A DNA stretch of 64,000 nt from the human T2T-CHM13v2.0 reference genome, Homo sapiens, in assembly GCF_009914755.1 (NCBI RefSeq), contig NC_060940.1, one strand, 5' to 3'. Numbering within the stretch: the first letter of the stretch is position 1; each line of letters begins with the position of its first letter. The notes under the pieces were generated by a model that saw only the letters and a list, made by a program, of their open reading frames with translations, ran no database searches and had not been told where the DNA came from. Positions 57,480 to 64,000 of the stretch are shown here, in pieces. Both the position numbers and the translations under genes were made by a program.

Positions 57480-58000
57480 TGTCAGAGATTACAGCCCTGG
57501 GTTAGGAGGCCTCAGTTTCCACAGACTTCCAATGCCACCATGAGGGAGGGGGGCGGCCCAGCTAGGGAGCAAACCTGGGCAAGCACTCGAGCTCCTTAGA
57601 GTGGACACCGAGCTCTGCCCAAATCCCCAAAAGCCTCCTGGGAACAGCTGCTTAGGCATGCTGGTGGCTCTGCTCCTGGCTGAGCCCATCTCAGAGCCTT
57701 ACCCTCAGCCAAGAGACACTTCACACACTGACACCCCCCACCCTGGGGTGGCCACATCTAATGGTCAATGTTGGGGGCCGGTAGAAAAGCCTGGATTCTT
57801 CACCCCAATTTGGAACATCTCTGAATGATCACAGCAGTGCCAGGGCTCCCAGGGGATCAACAGAGGCCTTTGCTATGACTGCATCACCGCCCATCTCCTT
57901 CTCTGCCCCATCCTGAGTCCCTCTCTCCCTACAGAGGCTGGTTCTGCATACAAATATCCACCCCAGAGCCTACCTCCCAGGACACCCAACGGTGACACCC
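57480..58000. mobile_element. Old ERVL-class LTR (LTR16-like)
   Basis: TGTCAGAG ... GGACACCCAACGGTGACA ends; CCCTGGGGTGGCCACATCTAATGG and CCCCAATTTGGAACATCTCTGAA segments. Confidence 0.5.
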
Positions 58001-58225
58001 TCTAAACCCTCATGTTCTCATGAGTCCTATGGAGAGATTCACCCACTTTACCATGCCTTTGAGAGTGTAAGGAGATGGCACAGGCAGGCAGCCTAGATGG
58101 GAGTGTGCCATGCGTGTGGGAGGTGCTCAGTGACTCCTTGCTGAACATCATGGACCGAGAGCTTAGAAGAAGGCAAGAAATATGTGGCGATAGTTCCTAA
58201 CCACCTGGAGTTCACTCCCCTAAAC

Positions 58226-58437
58226 CAGAGCTTCTCACCCTTGGCACTGTTGACATTCTGGGCCGGATAATTGTTTGTTGCAGGGCAGGAGGGGCCTGTC
58301 CTCTGGGCTACAGGGTGTTTAACAGCCTCTACCCACTAGATGCCAGTAGCAACCCCCAATTGTGAAAACCAAAAATGTTTCTAGACACTGCCAAATGTCC
58401 CCTGAGAAACAAAATTGCCCCTGGCTAAGCAGCGCTG
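58226..58437. mobile_element. MER20 (hAT-Charlie)
   Basis: GGCACTGTTGACATTCTGGGCCGGATAATT...CTACCCACTAGATGCCAGTAGC...GCCAAATGTCCCCTG; 8-bp TSD CCCTAAA(C/T). Confidence 0.92.
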
Positions 58438-60639
58438 CCCTAAATCATTAAAGTTCCCTGAGCCACCTCTGAGAGAGAGTCACGGTTTGGGGCCAAAAGT
58501 CAATCAGGGGCCCTTCCTAGGCCCCTCCACAGGGAACAGGGAATCTCAAGTAAGGCCAAGGGGAAACGTGAGAAACGTGGGGCAATGGCAACAGCCCACG
58601 CACGGGGGTGGGGACGCTGCTTCAAACCCCAGCCACGCATCCTGCAACCCGCACAGGCCGGTCCCCTTCTCCCAGCCTCAGCGTCCTGAGATGGGAAATG
58701 GAGACAGCAATTCCATTCCTTCGACCTGCCAGGGAAGTTTCCCCAAACAATGGCTTGGTGCGTGTGCGTGTGAGAGTGTTCTGACAGCAGTAAACGTACT
58801 GTGCAGAAGTACAATGGGGTTGGCTCCCACAAACAACCATCTTACCCAAATTCAGCTAAGTGAGTGCAGACAAAGAGAAGGAGAGAGAAATAGGCAGGCA
58901 GAGGCGCATTTATTGACCCTGTCACTGTTCCCTCATCCCCATCGCCCCAGGGACAGGGAAGGCACAGCTAAAATGCCCAAGAGACAAACAAACAAACAAA
59001 ATAAGTGAAATTCTCAGAACCCATCAGGTCCTAATGATTCACAGGATTTTTGAAGGTAAATTTTACTACAGAAGATGTTGCTGTATTGGGCAATTATCCA
59101 AGCCTTGAGTAGGGATATGACTGAGTTTTGTTTTTTACTCCAAAAGCAGTGAATAAAAAGCATTTCAAAGAAAGTAATGCCAACTTGACAAACCCATTCC
59201 ACCAGCAGTGGGCAGCAGAAACAGGAGGAAAAAGAAAGTTTGCCTCTGAAACACCTGGTAGATGTAGACCCGGGCCTCCGCCTCCTCTCCACTGCCCGCC
59301 CTCCATCCTGCCCTCCCCGGAACAGACGGAAGCAGCGAGATCCTGAAATAGCCTCGCTCTCAGCGGTGAGACAGGAAGCCACCAGCCCCAGGCCTGAAAG
59401 CCATCATGCAGTTGACACAGGGACCCCGCTGATGCCGCGTCATTTACCTTCGGGGGACTCGCAGCCGCCCCCGCAGCCTGGGTTGGCAGGCCGGTGGAGG
59501 TCGGCCAGAGGCGTGCTCCCTGGGGCCATCCCAGGGAAGGCCCAATGATCACTTGCTCCAGAGCAAGTGGCTTCTTCCCCACTACCCTTCTCTGAAACCC
59601 CACACTCTGGTTCTTCCATCCCAGACCCAGAGGCTTGATTTACCCCATAAACAGTGTGGGGTCTATAGATTCTTTTCGGGGGCCATTAAACATGCTTGAG
59701 ATCTAAAAAGAAAAAAATAATAATAATTGTGACTGTAAAATACAAGAATAAAACTGAAAAATCAAAATTACTAACAAGTTCAAAACCACAATTCTAAAAC
59801 CCTTTTCACTTTTTAAGCAAAATAATTGTACAAAACAATTGCATTCTATGTAAGCTGAGTCAATTTTTTTTAGTCTATTGTTGTAGTGTGGAAAAGGTTC
59901 TCACACAGATCTTCAGTTGACCCCCCCAAAAAACTTACTCCTTTCACCTCCTAGAGGTAACTTTCTCTTGTCTTCCTGTGTCTAAATGGGACGGTGAGAC
60001 AGAAAATCTGCAAGTCCGTACAACACCTCTCTTCCTGAATCTGCAGGACAGTCTCTGAGACTCCAGGGCACAGCCACTGTAAAAGCCAGTCTTCTGGAGC
60101 TATAGAGAGTTTTAGCACAGATCTGAATTCCTGGATGCATCCAGGAGCTAATTCTAAACGTCTGTCCCCCCAGCCCAAGATGTCAGTCACCTGTTTCATC
60201 TCTGCAAGTTTAATGGAAGATGCCAGGCTAGGAGTTAGGGGTGGGGGTTCTTAGACAAGCCTGGCCCTCTTTCTTATAGAAAGCGGAAATGCCATCGTTC
60301 TGCTCCAATGTCACCACCAAAAGTAGAGAAAAACAGGACAGACTGAGAGGGCCATTTTCATTAAGAAATAAGAGCTAGAAATAGCACCTTTCACCTGGGT
60401 GAAAGAGATCCAGTTCTTTGTGGAAGAGAAAGCTATTCTCACTGATTTCAGATGCAAACAAAGCGTGCCTGTGTCTTCCATCTTGACATCCACTTCCCTC
60501 ACTTCCCTGACCTACAAGCCCTAAGCTAGGTCCATCCCAGCCCTGCCACTCTGCCCCTTCTCTACTGCCCCTTCTCCTCCAGGAAATCACATGTGGTTGA
60601 TGGAGGGCAAATGCCTGCCCACTACCTGCCGGGTCCCCC

Positions 60640-61460
60640 AGTTGGCAGAAATCTTTCTCCACAGTCGGTGGGCAGGGTTGTGTTTATTTTGCAATTAACA
60701 AAGAACAAAGGAAGTGGCAGGGCGCTTGGAGGTGGTGCTTCTGGCTTGCTTTTGGGGACCTGAATTCCTGCCTTGCTCTTGGCTCTGTCGGCTCTGGCTC
60801 CTGGGGTGGGAGGGGAGTCACTGCCCTCAATCATTTCACAGCAGTCTGTGTCTTTTTTGGCCAGGTCACTAGCTGCAGCAGATGGGCCCTTTACTTTAAA
60901 AGAAAAGCAAAGAGCAAAGCTCTGCCCAAATGGGGCCCAGGGCGTGCTCAGGTCTGAGGTGATGAGTAAAGGTATCCCCCTTTACTCATTGATTGTGTCA
61001 TTGAGGGACCAGCGGACCAAGAAATTCCCTGCCATGCGAGTGTCGGAGAACAGCCCCTTTGTCACGCCCTCTTCAAAGCGTGACCCGTGTCCCCGTGCAC
61101 TACATTGGGATGAGACAGACCCCTGCTAACAAAAACAGGGAGATTTGGGGGTGCTTAGGGGGTGTTGAGATAGCAGATAGGGCTCCAAGTTACCTACGGT
61201 AAACAAAGCAAATTATATTTACTTCCATGGGAGCCTGAGATTTTGACAGCAAAGAGAGACTTATGGTAGAGTTGTTGCTGCATTTATATTTAATAAATTT
61301 AAGAGAGAGATGAAATAGACTTTAGCAAGGCTAGTGAAATATTTATAAAAGCACACCGAAGCCGTGTAAGGGAGAGAGAGGGAAATAAAACAGCTCGCAT
61401 GTGGGATCAAATCGAGCAAGCCAGCTTTTAACCTGACAGCTCCCTGTGCACTGCGGGCAA
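60640..61460. promoter_or_regulatory. Candidate enhancer
   Basis: Composite TGTTTATTTTGCAATTAACAAAGAACAAAGGAAGT (60681-60715), plus ATTGATTGTGTCA, GTAAACA and GGATCAAA downstream; repeat-free. Confidence 0.42.
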
Positions 61461-62982
61461 GAGAGCTGCCAATGGGCCACAGATGCACCACACCTGAGCT
61501 AGCCGGGAAGACAGGGAGGTGTAGGGAGGGGAGGACGGGGTGCAGACGGGTGTGTGTGCACAGGCACAGCCAGCTCCATGCAATCCAGGGCATCTGTCAC
61601 ACCTGTCCAGCTGCTCAGGTGCGCCTGGCACCTTACAATGCCAAGCAGAGCACATTCCCCCACCCCTGGCCTACATCCAGTTAAGCCTATGGTCTGGTAG
61701 GAACATATGGGGCTCCTGGAGTTGGGGGGCCTTAGACAGTGGGGGCTGAACACCCTGGGCTTCCATCTCTTAGGAGAGCCTGTCTGTCTTCAAGCCACTG
61801 TCCGAAAAAGGTCTAGTCTTGGGATGATGAGATTGAAGGGAAATGCATTAGATTTGTTAACTTGCAGATTTATAACATTTTTTAAATGCACAAGTACTAC
61901 ATATTCATAGTGGAAAGATAAAAAAGAAAAACAACAGATAAATTAACAAACATGCAAACCCCATCACCTATATGCTCAATCACTGTTGGCGTTTCCAGAC
62001 TGGCTGCACATCTTTTATCAAGGGTGATTTTAATATTATGCAGGATCATTTCAGAGCAAGCTCTACTCACTACTGACATGTTACAGAATGTGCTGCTCTT
62101 TGTGCATCTCGTCCTTACCCTCAGATCAGGGCCTTTCTCTCTTTTCCTGTCCTGATCCAAAACTAAATTTATCTTGGAGACCCATCTCAGTCCTGTCTCT
62201 CCAAAAAGACACTCACAAGACTTGTGCTTCCCTCCCCGTTTGTTTCTCCCTCCCTGCAGCCCCCATGTCATCTTTTAAGTCACCATGTTCATTCTTAGAC
62301 TGTCTTGCTTGTTGGCCGTGCTGTGTGTTGACCTTTCTTGTCTTCCTATCCTCATGGAAGTTCCTGCATGATCTTTTATTTCTCTCTCTGCTTTCATCGA
62401 ACATCCCCAGTACAGCTTAGGCCCACTGTGGGCTCAAGACAACACCCAACACCGCCTATAAGCACATCTTCTGGCTTCTGTAGAGTGCCGTGAATGACTT
62501 CTGTCCTCCCTTAGGGATTGCGATGACACTTGTCCTCCCAAGTGGCTAGAGAACAGGGCCTGAAATGGGGAGGTGGGAGACAGGAAGAGAAGTGGAAAAC
62601 TGCTTTGCAGAAATCCCTTTGCCAAAAGCCAATCTAGAAATTCAGTTCACCAAATGACTGGCTGACCAGGCTACTGTGGGGTATTTTGGAAAGTTTTTGT
62701 TCTCTCACCCCAGTCTCTGCCCCTACCTCTGCCGTTCTCATGCAAATACACAAGTTGTCCCAAAACTCTGCCTCTGCACCTGGCTTTTGGACTTACAGTG
62801 GCTCCAGAGGACTCTGCTGGATGGAGGCTAAGATGTGTGTCTGATAGTTCACTCAGCAAAGGGGACTCTGCTCAACAAGTTTTCTGCACATTGGCTTCGT
62901 GAATTGACCTAGTTCCCCTCCTGGGTTGGAGTGTTGACTCTTCTGTCTTCTCATCCTCATGGAAAAACCTGCATGGTCCTTT

Positions 62983-62984
62983 AT

Positions 62985-63027
<43 letters not shown>

Positions 63028-63040
63028 CCTCTCTCCCTCT
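62983..63040. repeat. (CT)n microsatellite
   Basis: About 16 perfect CT units within a pyrimidine tract. Confidence 0.95.
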
Positions 63041-63499
63041 TTTTTCCCTCTCTGAGGGAGGCTCGGGGGCCCATCTCCCTGGCCCCTAAGGCCTCCACCT
63101 CCAGCATCTGGCCTTGTGGACCTGGGATCCTGACACCTTCTCCTTCTTCCAGCTGACAGCCTCCTTTCTGCAGTCCCTGAGCCCTGACATACAGGATCTG
63201 GCTCATTTGAACAACTGCAAGGAGGGGCTGAGTGTTACAGGCACCTACAAGAGGCAGAAAAACAAGATAGAATTGGGCCAGGCCTGGACACTGTCTGAAG
63301 CTCCCTGGAGACTTCTGAATGAGGCATAGAACACAGGGTAGGATAATCAGCTTCCTTCCTGTCTCCCACCTCCCCATTTCATGCCCTATTCCCCAGCCAA
63401 GCCAAGACGCCCTGTTCCTTCTCACGTCTAGGCCTTTGCAGAAGCTGTGACCTCTGCCTGGAGCACCTCCACTCCTCTCTCCCTCTCTGCTTTCTACTT

Positions 63500-64000
63500 T
63501 TGTTAACAGCTCTAGTGAGACTCTATTTACACACAATAAATTGCACACTTTTAAAATGTTCAATGTGACAAGTTTTGACATATGTATACACCCATGAAAC
63601 CATCACCAAAATCAAGGTGGGAAACCTGTCCATCACCACCAAAGTTTCCTCCTGGCTCGGTAATCCCTCCCACTCACCTCTTGTCCCCATAGCTAAGCAA
63701 CCACTGATGGGCTTTCTATGCAGATTAATTTGCAGTTTCTAGCGTTTTATGTATATTGAACCATATGCTATGCACTCTTTTTATCCCTGAAATGCTTCTT
63801 TCACTAAGCATTTATTTTGAGATCCATCCACATTCTTGTGTGTATCAGTAGCTCATGCCTTTCTTTTGCTAAGTGATATTCCATTGTATGAATGCCATGC
63901 AATTTGCTTATCCATGAATATGTAGGTTGTTGACAGTTTGTAGCCATTAAAAATAAAGCTGCTATGAATACTCATGTACAAGTTTTTGGATGTACACCTG
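63500..64000 (-). mobile_element. Old L1M 3' end (runs off the window)
   Basis: TTTTGACATATGTATACACCCATGAAACCATCACCAAAATCAAG...GAGATCCATCCAC...ATTCCATTGTATG. Confidence 0.85.

Overview
Human (primate) genomic DNA, not prokaryotic: no operons, CRISPR arrays or rRNA/tRNA genes are visible. Bases 1-~17.3 kb hold the 3' half of a + strand spliced gene: a repeat-filled intron, a 256-nt internal coding exon (14179-14434) and the terminal coding exon (16887-17034 stop). The joined translation (DTDIKDAVDPEST...EEVLSC-R-YLRLSKENIRTLLKLCKDAGMNVDIHPHMVEEDIDAKKVFTGIPSMAL*) is recognised from memory as the C-terminus of the testis-expressed uncharacterised protein C16orf78 (16q12.1). If that is right, the remaining ~47 kb is intergenic DNA running toward the 3' end of ZNF423. 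It is a mosaic of Alu, L1, L2, MIR, MaLR/ERV LTRs and hAT MITEs, interrupted by repeat-free islands dense in homeodomain/SOX/TCF/PBX-HOX/FOX motifs that look like developmental enhancers. Apart from these exons and L1 remnants, the ORFs in the supplied track are noise. I found no convincing new protein-coding system. The best leads are: a 27x16-bp minisatellite born from L1 sequence that multimerises CCAAT/ACGTG/TGCACAC motifs; an intronic sense THE1 LTR with an intact DUX4 site; inverted Alus flanking the internal exon; no canonical poly(A) signal near the stop codon; a 4x52-bp repeat; and the candidate enhancer cluster. Repeat subfamily names and boundaries were called by eye and are approximate.
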